DNA of 64,000 bases from Phoronis australis (taxonomy: Eukaryota; Animalia; Phoronida). The DNA is taken from contig NMRA01000147.1 in the NCBI GenBank assembly GCA_002633005.1, forward strand, positions 733,179 through 797,178. Reading direction: 5' to 3'. Made by a program: the position numbers and the translations under genes. Under the pieces are notes generated by a model. It made no database searches. It was given only the letters and a program-made list of their open reading frames with translations, and was not told the origin of the DNA. Shown one piece after another: positions 45,101-55,574 of the stretch. Positions within the stretch are counted from its first letter, which is position 1. Every line of letters begins with the position of its first letter.

Positions 45101-48100
45101 TAATAAAAGGATTTGTAATCAACAGTTTGCAGTGAAGTACCATCTCAATAGAGCACATGGAATATATCACTTCAAATAAAGTTGCTGGCACCCAAATGTT
45201 TCAAGGTTAAAACTGACTCAAGTTCTCCAATCAAAAAGTCAAGGAACATCTCATCAAGGCATTCAGACCTAAGGCACTCCATCTCAATTAATCTATAATT
45301 CTCAAGTGAAGCAGTTGCTTGTTGTTTCTGAAAATCAAAGCGACATTTTTGCAATACACTCACGTAATTGTGTGTAATTTATCCATGACAACCCAGCACT
45401 GCTTGAAGATATTCATCATAGTCTCATCAACTCTCCATCCGCGTACAAATATCTCTGTCACCGTGTCACCTTTGTCAGGATTATCCATTTCAACCTGTAC
45501 TGTTGGCTTAAAGTACTCAAACTTTTCTTTCATAACGTAGGTCTTTGGGGGAGGCTCAACTGGTTCTGGAAAGAATTACAGATATAACATGGATTATTAA
45601 TTACCAAAAATGGAAATTTTATAGAGTTCATGATAAACTAGGTTCATTAGACCAAAGCTCTTTAAAATAAAGCAAACTTCAACGGTGCATGAAAGTCTGA
45701 ACTAACTGCATAAGAATGATCAAAGTCTGTTGAGAATGTGAAACATCAGAATCGAGGGAAGTAAATTTCAAAGACCCTCAAACTCCTTCTTCATCGCAGC
45801 AATGCTCAGGGTTCAGACTCTACTGAAGACACAATTCACTGCTTCAAGTCAACAAGAGCACATCACTGAAAATCCGTGGGCTTGACAATGTTCAAGACAC
45901 AGTCACTTCCACTAGCCAGTTTGAGTCTATACATCTGCAAACTTTGGCAAGACACACAAGTGTGGAAGTCTCACTCTGGTGGTGAGTGTGACAGGCAAAA
46001 AACTTTTTAAACCGTCCTTCCTAATTGCTTATCTTGAACTTCTTAACCAAAACATTTTGAGGTTTAAAACATTGTGACTTTCATCCAGTCTTGAATTGTT
46101 GCTGAAGGGAACTGCAACTCATCACAAGCAATTCCTACACGTGCCATTTTAGAGGTTGCAATTTTAGGGCTGTATAACCAACTCGAATCAAATCTAAAGC
46201 GTTTTCAATTGTCACTGATCATATAATGTTCTTGTTGATAATGGAAACACAATCCTATCACAATAAAGAATAATACGAGATTGATTTTATGAAGTCATAA
46301 AAGGTCCAATTTGGATTTTCAGCCAGCTAAACAGGGCAAAATGTGGCTTCAACCACTACACACAGAGATTAGAAACTCGACACATTCTTCAAATAACGAG
46401 ACAGAATATTTGTCTTGAATATGCCAAGAAACAAACACCGGTCAAGGGAGTAACAAGTGAGCATCTTGACCAGACTTTGACCACGGCAGTACACATGGAA
46501 TTTTTACTCACCCCCTCCCTCAGTGAGCTCTTCCGGCTCTGGTTCAGGCTGGGGGTTCTTGTCCTTCCCTTTTCCACCTTTCTTGTCCTCGTTGGTTTGC
46601 ACCTGACTGGGTGATGGTGGGCGGCGTGCTCGCACAACAACTGGGGGAATGACAGCCATCTGGGCTCGGCGGCACAGCTCCGTGAAGTCATTGTTGAAGT
46701 GACCAGAGCAGACATGCGGTTCTGTGGAATATACAAATGGAAACAAGTCAGAATAGTGATCAACTGCAAAAGCAATGGCATTATGCCACGCAACACAAAA
46801 AATGTGTCAAGGTTTTGTATTGTTCTTATTGGCGTGTTGATGCGTTTAGACAAATATCAGCAAAACTACTGACAGCATTTTATTTAATTAAAACCATTCT
46901 CTGAAGGTAGAAAACTGGTAGAATGTTATTCTAGACTATAAACTTTCAAGAGTCTAATATCTAAACCAATGATACGGATAAATCAAAAACAAGTTTTATG
47001 TAATAAAAATTATTGAGATTAAAACAAAATATATTAGAACAGCAACATAACAGAATATGCAAAATGTATAAGCAATTGGACAACGAAGTCACTGCATAGT
47101 GAATCAGCAGGGGTCTTACGATCGATGACAACACAGTCCTTCATCAGACTCTCCTGTTTGAGTTTGTCGTGTCTCTGTTTCTTTGATTTACTATCTTCAT
47201 TTCAGAAACAAATAATTAACGTATTAGCAAAGACTGTGTTAGCCTTAAGGTCAACAATCAGTAAAACAGTATAGGTTCTGCACTTTCCAGCACCGGTCTA
47301 GTTTACTGAAATAAAATATTGTATATGATAGGCGTGGTGGTCCTTCCTCAAGAAAACTGAAAATAAATGGCTCACTTCTTCCACTGTGGTGAAATCCTTT
47401 TGTTAAAACAGCATTTTGTCTTGTTTAGCTGGCTCAAAATCGAAAATAAAATTAGGCCTTTTACTCTTACCGAACAAAATCGGTCTCATTGCATGCTTAC
47501 CATGGTTTTTCAAACAGTTGATATACTGCTGTACTAACTTACTGTGATAAGATTTTATTTCTGTTTGAAACAAGTGTATTGAAGTCGTCAGCGACTCAAG
47601 AAAACGCTTCTGAGTTTATCAAGGTAGGCCAACCCTAAAATTTCAAATTTGAAAATGGCGCATGTTGAGTCACCAGCCCATGCGGCAACAATTCAAGACC
47701 GGATGAGCACGGTAATTTTTTTAAACCCCAAAGTGCTTCAATCAAGAATTGAATATTAACAGCTAAACAGGGGCAAAATGCAGCTTTAAATAATGAAAGT
47801 TGTGAGCTCAGCAGTAAAACAAAACAAAACACAAAACATTTGCATATTAAGGTTATCTCAAGAGACCTCTATTCTAGCTCATATATATCAAGAAACAGGC
47901 TATGTCATCCAGTAACAGTATACATTTTCTGAAAGAAAAAAGACCAGAGATTATAAAAATGTGTTTTATAATCAGATTTTGGCCAAATCATAGAAATTTA
48001 AAAATCAGCGCAACTACATAGACTTTCATGTTCAACGTTTCGCTTTAACCATTAATGCATAATTGCAATAATAAACCATGAATGTACACTCATCAGTGGC

Positions 48101-51100
48101 ATTAATATTATTACATTACCTACTTTTTAAGTCAAAATTCCATTTTTCAGAAAGGTACATTGATTTCATAGCAAAAAATCCCCTTAATCGATTTTAACAA
48201 AACCCTTTTACTTCACAATTTACCTAAAAATGCTAAGAATTTTAGATTACTCAATTGGTTTTGTTTCTATGCCAAATTATTAACTCGCAAAATGTAAGAT
48301 ATTCTTCTCAATGATAGCAATTAGCAGCATATGATGATAAAACGATGTATTTAAATTGCCTTGACCAGTTTCGGCATTTATTAAAATGGCGAAAGTAGAT
48401 GGGACGGTGTTTTAATAAAAACCAAATGAAAACAGGTCAAGCAAATTTAAATCAATTGCTGTTTTTATCAACGTCAGACATTTTTGTAATAAATAGCAGT
48501 TAAATTCATCTATCTTACAGTACGCAAAAAAACTAGACATTTAAAACAAAAAACCTAACAGCATTCTTGAAACTGGTGAATAAAAATTAAAACTGGAAAA
48601 TTTCAAAGAAATTCACCGAGCCGTTTTCGAGAACTTGTGTTGCTAAGTACAAGTAACGTTGATTTGCCAAAGCCGAGAAAAAGCCGGAAAGGTTACGAGT
48701 CGTGAAAATCTGAAGGTTTCTGATTAATTATTTGACGGAAACTTGTTTTTGGTCACCTGGTGCTGTTACCTTGGTTGTTAGTAATTTGAACATTTACTCG
48801 CACTGTCAACTGAATTTGCAGTGCATAATTAACTTTATTATCACTAATTTGGTTAAGTTGGTTGACAACGAATTGAGTGAAACTTGCTTAGGGGAGGAGT
48901 TAAACTCTTGACCTATTAAAACAGATCAACAATACATTGTAGTACACGACACATGTCGAAGCATGTGCTGAGGAGACTGAAAGAAACCAATCTGGGTGAG
49001 GATTTATCTTTTTTCACAACTTGCTGTGTTCGTAATATGCCAGGTACTGTGCAGCGCTATCAATGGCCGTATGTACGCTTGCAGATGTCCAATTCACTCA
49101 GGATCAAAAAGTATATTTTTGTTTTCCACAGCATCTTTCCATGGTATGTACACCTCATTAACTCAATCTTATGGCATTGAATGAAAGGTCTATGAATAGC
49201 GAGAAGTGCATAAGCCAAGCTGGAAATTCATTTTGAGCGACAGCCCTGTAACCTTTTACCATGGATACGAAGTAAACAATTTTCCATGCAGTTGAAGGTG
49301 GTTCTGAATGTTTCTGCTAATTTTTTTTTCTTGCTGCACGGCATAATATTTTGAATTTGTTCCCCAAGACAGAAGGCATTTTGTGACACGTGTGAAATAT
49401 TGTGAAAACAGTACTTTTTGTGAATAAGGTTTGAAATAAACATCAGCTGGGTAAACAGATTTAGAAAGGGAGGATAACACTAACACTAACACACACTAAA
49501 ACACTGCATTCCATAAACTAAAGTAAATTACACTTGGCTAATTGTTCTCAACAGAATATTGCATGTTAGCAATGCATTTTAGCTGCAAATCTAATCTTAA
49601 GAAAATTACAAAGTTGGTCTCTCTTTGTAAGAAAAAGCGAACATTGAACAAAATCTATAACATGAAAATCAAACAAAACCACACAAGAAGGAATCAGTCA
49701 CAGGTCATTCACTTTAAAAATGAAACATGCTAACAACTTGACACTTTGACACTTGCATTTTTATTAATAAATATTCAATTCTTCTCAAACTAATATTCTG
49801 TCATCGAAATGATCAGGCCATGGAATGAAAATTTTTAAATTTAAATTCGCCTGTCATAGCAATGCCAGGTACAGTCATGTACAAGACTCGATGACAAGCT
49901 CTAAAATGTGAAGTGCTGCCAGTGTGACTATATGAATGACACTATGATATCTTGCAATTTGTCAACAGTTTACTATGGCCCATCTTCATTAGAGAAGAAG
50001 TCGACACAGGCTTTTGACTGTGTTTGGCAAAATCTGCTGGATTTGGACTTGGTCTTCTGCTGTGCTTGGGGGACGCAGTCTTTGAAAGAGAGCCTATAGT
50101 AAAGATCACAGAGGGAGAGAGAAAGAGAGAGAGTTAGATAGATAGTGTGCTCGAACTAAGGCAGAAATTTGTGCACTTCTTTAATTTAGATTTTGCAACT
50201 GGCTTATGGCTATACCTGGTGCAAAACATCACAGGTTATTTCATAAAAACAGACCTTTCGCCAAAGCAAGATGAGAAGCAAATGAATGTGGGTTTTTGTC
50301 GCACATCCCTTGGTGTCAATGTGCCAACCAGTTTCCTGCACAATGGAATTTGACTGAAGTTTGTAAGACCTCATGCCAGTTTTCCACTTGCAAAGCAGGG
50401 CGATTTCGTCCCATTTTTCGGCTGGGAATCCACAAGAAATGTTTTTTTAAAGAGTAAAAAAGTTTGAAATCGGCTGTTAATTTCAAATTAAGCAAATCAA
50501 TATGCTTTTGGTTTTTGAAAGATGAAGCAAAACAAGTTCAAACATTTTTATACTTAATTCAAATACACTGCAGTGCATGTTCAAAACACAAAAACAAGAA
50601 ACAGGCATGTCTTGTTTTATGTCTTCACACAAAACTGACGGAGGATAACTATTAGGTATTTTACCCCTTAGCTTGTGCTTAAGTTAAGACACAGTAACAA
50701 AGAATTATAACTGAACTTTGTGCAGTAATTAATAGTATCTCAGATTGTAGTGACTAACTACTATCACACTGTGAAGCAACCAAATCAATTAGGAGAGTAA
50801 GTTTACCACAATTTATTTCTGATCCGCTGCCCTGTTGAATAGTTGAACTATTCAAACTTCCTGAACCGCCAGCTACAAGGCTACGCTGATTTTTATGTTT
50901 CTTCTTTGATTTCTGCTTCATTTCTGTCAGACGTTTACAATATTTCCAACTGACACTGCCTCAGCACTGTTGCTACTGAATGTGAGTCTGATGTAACAGA
51001 TGATGATGTCATACAATTAACTTTTTGTAGTTTGTAGACAGCTAAAACAATTTGACAGATGAACCATGACAAAGCACCGAACAAAGACATGGATGCTTTT

Positions 51101-53332
51101 GTAAGCTTATCTTCTCAAATCTGATAAAATGCATTTTGGAATTTTTCTAAAGTTTATAAATTTACCAATTAAGGGGTTCAGCATGGTTTGCAAAAAAACT
51201 TCAAGCAGTCATTGTTTATAAAAAATTGGTCGATTATTATGAGTTTAAATAATAAAATCATTACTTAATTTCAGAAATCTTGACTTTGTGTTGAGTTTAT
51301 GATATTATAGAGTTAACGGCACCTGACATCAAATTTCACATTGACAGCACACTATGAGACACATCATTCCAAATTCCATGACGACCTTTGAACTTCAAAT
51401 GTAAACTCTGAGGCAGGCACAGAAAATGAAATTGCCATTAGGAAACCATAACAGTAGTTGGATTCATACATACAAAAATCAAGGTCAGCTATGCTCTCCT
51501 CACTAAAAACACATCTTTTAAATTTCGCACTCGTTATCTACCATTTACTTTGGTCCAAAATGATTTTCAGCTTAAACAGCAGTATATAGACTTAATGCAA
51601 GACTGAGATCAATGTTAAGTATAAGCATTCTTACTTATGAAATATAATGAAATGGCCTCCATAGATAAATGAAAATGTCGAGGCAGGAAGGTCAGAACAT
51701 ACTTTCCTGGTAAGTTTTCAGCAACATATACTTTCAGGAAAAAATATTTAAGCAGAGTCTCATTATATTCTCCCAATTCAGGCACAAGTCCTGGATCGTG
51801 TCCATCCTTGTCAATACACTGGAGACATAGGAAGTATTTTGCAATCCAAAACAGGGACTCTGTGCCCAGCTGAATAAAGCAATCTCACGTAGGGACACAA
51901 CTAAGTGTCTTCCCTAAATATTTTTGTGTATTTGTGTTGTTTGTCGCTCACAGATGAAATCTTTTTACTTAATCTGCATCTTCTGCTCCTCTTTGACTGA
52001 AGACATTTTCTAAATAGTGTAGAAAATTTCGTGATGACCGAGACTTGAACCCGGGTTGCACCAGCGACAGTCACGCATCTAAACCATTCGGCCAAGAGGC
52101 AATTGCCACTTGGCAAGCGGCTTAGAGAGGCTTTTATCTGAATGTATGTGTCATGACAACCGAAAGTCACGCTTCACAACACTACTCCCCCTTTTGCGGA
52201 ACAGGCGCGCTCCCTGGTGTTTAGATCTCAGCAACAACCTAGCGTCCTGGAATTCGACCTCAACAACGCTCTCTTTTGTGTTCTGAATCCACCAGTACCA
52301 GGTCGCACCCTCTCCATCATGTAGAAAATTTCGTGATGGCCGAGACTTGAACCCGGGTTGCACGAGCGACAGTCACACATCTAAACCATTTGGCCAAGAG
52401 GCAATTGCCACTTGGCAAGCGGCTTAGAGAGGCTTTATCTGACTGTACGTGTCGTGACAACCGGAAGTCACGCTTCACAACAATAGTACAACTGAAACCC
52501 GAGCCCTTAGTTCACTGAAAATTAACAGGGTCATAGTCCTTAAATATAAGTGTTGCATGAAAAAGTCACAATTTATTTTGAATTCAGTGTGGAGTTTACT
52601 TCCAGGGTGCATCAAAGCAAAAAATAACACTTAGTAATGAAAATAAAACAGCATAAGAAAGGACAATCAGTGTTTGCTCAAGTCCACAAATGCTGTGAAA
52701 AGTTAAGGAACGTAAAAGAGTCCCTATTTGGGACTGTTTCATGAAGTCGGGCACTGGACCCCATATACCTACAGCTGAAAATTCACAAGGTCTTGATTAT
52801 TACACGTAAGATATCGTACAGAACAAATTATTCGATCCAATATCAATTCTTTGACACTATAATTTATACCATATTCCAAAAACATTTTAACGATATTTGT
52901 GCTATAATTATTGCAGAAAAGTACAACCAGTCTGAGAGTGTAGGCGATTATATAAACAGGCTATGAGTGTTTGAATATTGTCCTTTTTGAGCATTCGCAA
53001 ATTCATTTTGTATTGTTTACATTATGCAATAGTTGATGAGTTTCCAGGACACTTAAAGTCACCAAAAACTTGTGTGAAAAATCTGTAGCTAATGATCTGT
53101 ATAAATCTAACATATGTATCATCTTTGATACCGATACTTCCTAAAATAATAAGAATTACCCGAGTTTCACCACAACAGTTGTCATGATACAACATCATAC
53201 CGATACCATCCAAACTGAACGACAGGTCTGCTTACCTAAGATTCTATTGTCGTCATCTCCACCATCATCTGTATGACCTTTGGCACTTGCCACTTTCTCC
53301 TTGTCTTTGCCCTTTTCAAATTTCTTACCCAT
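23928..53332 (-). CDS. LRRC71: Leucine-rich repeat-containing protein 71 orthologue, whole spliced CDS (~650-690 aa depending on cassette and terminal exons)
   Basis: Minus-strand GT-AG exons chain in phase. Segments EPHVCSGHFNNDFTELCRR, VTEIFVRGWRVDE, LCLDGN, LQSLSLRYCGLTDAGA, LLSLNLTGNKIGDAGA, GLRMNRTLLSLSLASNKIGD, LTHEEVVERRRL and GNRVLINLNLSRNEIGDEG match the recalled LRRC71 architecture (ribonuclease-inhibitor-like LRRs, Lys-rich linker, C-terminal LRR). Confidence 0.88.
24560..24672 (-). CDS. LRRC71: LRRC71 exon (NEIGDEGISSMLTSMQYQ...GPGLMRIALH)
   Basis: cttcag|113 nt|gtgagt. Confidence 0.9.
25204..25309 (-). CDS. LRRC71: LRRC71 exon (PETPENLSPLLD...GNRVLINLNLS)
   Basis: ttgtag|106 nt|gtgagt. 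Confidence 0.9.
25819..26107. mobile_element. Tc1/mariner(pogo)-like MITE remnant
   Basis: TA|CAGTAAAATTTCTCTAATTTGGGACAGT is imperfectly inverted at ACTATCCCAACTTGGAGAATTTTTGC; internal aatttgggac repeats. Confidence 0.5.
28196..28290 (-). CDS. LRRC71: LRRC71 exon (SVVVDNTKAATTRGKDKKGKDKKGAVAQESE)
   Basis: ccttag|95 nt|gtgagc. Confidence 0.85.
32194..32275. repeat. Tandem duplication, 2 x 41 bp
   Basis: cacggtttt(t/a)gatgcatacc(a/g)ataccaccaagcaaccatca twice. Confidence 0.85.
33286..33324 (-). CDS. LRRC71: LRRC71 39-nt small exon (AATAANVGGRSSG)
   Basis: tttctgtag|CAG... |gtcagt; phase 1-1; NAGNAG acceptor. Confidence 0.65.
34454..34525 (+). mobile_element. Degenerate tRNA-derived sequence (SINE head or tRNA-Cys-like pseudogene)
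   Basis: ggggtttaactctgtcagaagagcatcggactgcaacc...gattcaattcc resembles A box, GCA anticodon loop and B box; no acceptor stem. Confidence 0.4.
35590..36750 (-). mobile_element. Second copy of the same HINE-like family, inverted
   Basis: Shares gccactagggggc units and blocks similar to 6430-6800 in reverse complement. Confidence 0.6.
37955..37972 (-). CDS. LRRC71: LRRC71 18-nt microexon (DPRGSK)
   Basis: ttttctgtctttag|ATCCAAGAGGCTCCAAAG|gtaagt; phase 1-1. Confidence 0.72.
38467..38536 (-). CDS. LRRC71: LRRC71 Lys-rich exon (GEKEEKQDKTKGKGAKEDKTLKK)
   Basis: caatag|70 nt|gtaagt. Confidence 0.85.
39366..39479 (-). CDS. LRRC71: LRRC71 exon (PPPSRRADSKDRPGSVRS...KMKK)
   Basis: cactag|114 nt|gtgagt. 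Confidence 0.87.
40500..40690 (-). mobile_element. Short truncated copy of the HINE-like family
   Basis: aaattgccactagggggca at ~40547-40565 plus a related terminus. Confidence 0.45.
41662..41841 (-). CDS. LRRC71: LRRC71 LRR exon (GLRMNRTLLSLSLASNKIGD...EEVVERRRL...)
   Basis: ttttag|180 nt|gtaact. Confidence 0.93.
42797..42956 (-). CDS. LRRC71: LRRC71 LRR exon (LQSLSLRYCGLTDAGAERIG...GNKIGDAGATSIAK)
   Basis: ttctag|160 nt|gtactt. Confidence 0.92.
44051..44133. repeat. Perfect tandem duplication, 2 x 40 bp
   Basis: atactgcaaagcttaaaacatggaacaaaatcctggaatg twice. Confidence 0.9.
44156..44227 (-). CDS. LRRC71: LRRC71 exon (NLCLDGNNLVKEENFDVLLTEES)
   Basis: tttcag|72 nt|gtgagt. Confidence 0.9.
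44261..44528. mobile_element. Long inverted repeat (arms ~44261-44349 / ~44356-44448); probable Penelope-like element fragment with inverted pLTR
   Basis: Near-perfect ~90-bp arms; each contains ctg-TT(G/A)ACAA-a-ggacg..catcc-GAAAATTT-cag; flanking direct repeat taattatta at 44254 and 44529. Confidence 0.65.
44793..44867 (-). CDS. LRRC71: LRRC71 exon (LWSAGLTSETVKLLGSFLHQCANV)
   Basis: ttgcag|75 nt|gtaagt. Confidence 0.9.
45364..45565 (-). CDS. LRRC71: LRRC71 exon (…KFEYFKPTVQVEMDNPDKGDTVTEIFVRGWRVDE…)
   Basis: ttccag|202 nt|gtgagt. Confidence 0.9.
46512..46721 (-). CDS. LRRC71: LRRC71 exon (EPHVCSGHFNNDFTELCRR...)
   Basis: ccacag|210 nt|gtgagt; conserved N-terminal LRRC71 segment. Confidence 0.9.
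47120..47194 (-). CDS. LRRC71: Candidate LRRC71 cassette exon (SKSKKQRHDKLKQESLMKDCVVID)
   Basis: 75 nt, open in phase 1-1, donor gtaaga; acceptor (gaag) is weak. Confidence 0.38.
48335..48470. repeat. Imperfect inverted repeat (~135 bp)
   Basis: tgataaaa..atttaaattgccttgacc..ttttattaaaa mirrored by ttttaataaaa..ggtcaagcaaatttaaat..ttttatca. Confidence 0.65.
49974..50093 (-). CDS. LRRC71: LRRC71 symmetric exon (SLSKTASPKHSRRPSPNP...)
   Basis: Strong (CT)n pyrimidine tract and tatag acceptor; 120 nt open; donor gtaaac. Confidence 0.62.
50807..50923 (-). CDS. LRRC71: LRRC71 symmetric (phase 1-1) exon, possibly cassette or alternative start (EMKQKSKKKHKNQRS...)
   Basis: ctgacag| 117 nt open frame |gtaaac. 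Confidence 0.55.
52018..52482 (-). mobile_element. Complete TRIM (non-autonomous mini LTR retrotransposon) with tRNA-derived LTRs; Helenus-like
   Basis: Direct repeats 52018-52181 and 52320-52482 (TGT...ACA, 8 substitutions + 1 indel by eye); 4-bp TSD ATAG at 52014-52017 and 52483-52486; minus-strand PBS-like TGATGGAGAGG right after the 5' LTR; PPT AAAAGGGGGAGTAG right before the 3' LTR; A box and B box inside each LTR. Confidence 0.9.
53236..53332 (-). CDS. LRRC71: LRRC71 first coding exon (MGKKFEKGKDKEKVASAKGHTDDGGDDDNRIL)
   Basis: Acceptor tgatttcag at 53352, ATG at 53332, donor TTAG|gtaagc; phase 1 matches downstream exons. Confidence 0.75.
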
Positions 53333-55122
53333 CTTTACTTTCTTAACAAAACTGAAATCATAATTAATTCATCAAATAAAGTGACAAATGTCAAAATAAT
53401 GACGATATTTGCATTTAACAAGTTAAATTTAATGGTGTACCTCCATGCAAAGTAGATTACGATAAATTCATCAATTATCATAGAGCCGCACACCATCATC
53501 TTTAAAATCTTTGACTTTTGTCTGGAATACATTTGAAGGCTTTATATTCTGGATATGACAGGATGATCAGTCTATTTAGTAAGTTCTGTACAATATGGCA
53601 TACAGCGTAATTATCACTTAACAGGGTCCCACATTAGGAGAACCAGTTTTCTCCAGTGAAAAACATTAGCATCAAGCTATAGTTCTCCAAATGAGGGACA
53701 CTTGCAAGTGACTATGGTATGAACCAAATGAAATTCACTAGTTCCTTTTATGGAAAGAATGGCAACATTGCTGAAAACTTGACATATTACAAACCACTCA
53801 TGTTTAGTGATTATTCCAAACAAAAGCAAGTTTTAAAAATGTTATGAATCTAGCTATCTCTGGAATCCTCAGCCATTTCTTTTTACAAGTTAAAATATAT
53901 CAAAAAGTCAATCAGAAAATAGTAACCTGCACATTAAATAAGATTTGACAAAACACCACCACAACTGGAATTCCTTAACATGTGTTTTATCATATACAAA
54001 TCACATACAGGTCAACTGACCTCAAGTTCTGTGTCTTGAAGAACAATCAACAGGGTTGTTGAAAACAGGAGGGGGAAATTGGGGCAAGTGATGATGACAA
54101 GGGAGTTGCAGCAACTAACGGGAAGATAAAGCCTATCCATATTTCTTACAGCTACGGGCCAGGTGCAATTCGCTGTAGACCATTATAGGATATTTGAATT
54201 TGATGTGACATGGATCATTGAAGACGGGATTTTTGTATAACGTCAATTCTGTTAAATAGATGAAACTGGTTTTCATCAGGGACCACTATTAAAGTAAGCA
54301 GTTGAGAATCTCACGCCAGTGGCTAGACAATTACCACCATATATATATATATATCTATGTGCCCCGAACCAGAGACGGTGAAGCTACTATAGGCGCCTCA
54401 TGTACTGGAAGCTTGTCGGTGAATTAAGCCTGAGTTCACACTGATTAAAACGTCATAAGTCACATTGTTATTAGTACCTTTAGCACATAGAAGGATGCCT
54501 TTGGAGGCCGCCGATGTTTTTAATTCCTTCCAACTATTCCCGTAATCAAACTTTTTCTTCGAGCAGTCCTTCGTTCAGACTTGCCCAAATCGGCAACTGG
54601 CCATTTTTAACACTGCACACGCAAGTCAAGTCAAGTCAAGTAAATTCCATTTGTTATATTATTAAAGTAAAAGAAGAGAAAACATTAGTCACAGACTAGT
54701 ATAAATACATAAGTTACAAAATAAATAAATATGAATTAAAAAGATTAAAATACTTAAAAATTAGCACCATAGGCATAGCATAGGAGTCCGAAGTCCACCT
54801 GGCGAGCGCAGGTGTCCCTCCATGCGCAAAATGTACTTAAAGGAACATAAATTTGATGTTTTAGTGAGTGTTTGACATAATTTGTACCGCTGCCAGACTA
54901 CATACACGAGGAGTGAGGCCCACTCATAGTACACTGCACAGTGACACAGCCACAGCGGCACAGGGTGAACTCGCACTCACTCAGTCGAGTTCCTGGCCTG
55001 TGATGTTCATCGGCTGGGTTAGAAAATTTGTGACAGGTGCGCATTTAATAAAGATGACAGTTCCTTAACTAAAAACAAACTCCGTTTGAAAACTTGCTTC
55101 GCTTCAGTTAAGATAAAATTAC

Positions 55123-55410
55123 CTTTATTTCCAACTGAACCGACAGCGCAGTCCCTGAAAGGTTTACATTGACGTTTCACATACTTTCGCTGCTAACTCC
55201 GCATTCAAATAATGCGAAGTAAACAAGGGCAATTTACCCTCTTTAAAGCTCGTAAAGGTAAAAAAATACATCTTTATCACGTAATAAAACATTTCAAATG
55301 CTTATTTTTTATGTTTATAAGCTACAATTTATGCATTTCAGGAAATATTTTCTTTCTTTGAAAATCAATATTGCTACGCGAGATCTCAAAGTTGTGTAGC
55401 AACGGCATGC
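55123..55410 (-). promoter_or_regulatory. Probable LRRC71 promoter / non-coding first exon with an RFX X-box-like motif
   Basis: Minus-strand donor AAG|gtaatt at 55122; GTTGTGTAGCAAC at 55391-55403 resembles an X-box (GTNRCC-n-RGYAAC); adjacent GCATGCGCA; locally CpG-richer. Confidence 0.4.
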
Positions 55411-55574
55411 GCAATGTCGACTTTCCGCAAAGAAGTAAGTTACATTACAGTCAAAAGGGAGCGCCCTTGTTCTATTGACATCCGCTAGCACTAAGAGGCA
55501 CTGAACAGTTCTTACAGGGCTTTTGCCTATCAGAACACACGTAAATGGACTCTTCACCCTTTCTTCACTCTGTC

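Noticed and set aside
46389-46853. 154-aa minus-strand ORF
   Set aside because: Off-frame overlap of the real LRRC71 exon 46512-46721.
50924-51041. Longer version of the 50807 exon from an acceptor at 51042
   Set aside because: In-frame TAA in the required phase; could only be UTR.
52030-52100. tRNA-Asp(GTC)-like genes, two copies
   Set aside because: No pairing acceptor stem, weak anticodon stem, and both lie inside LTR-like repeats with a TSD; treated as part of the TRIM.
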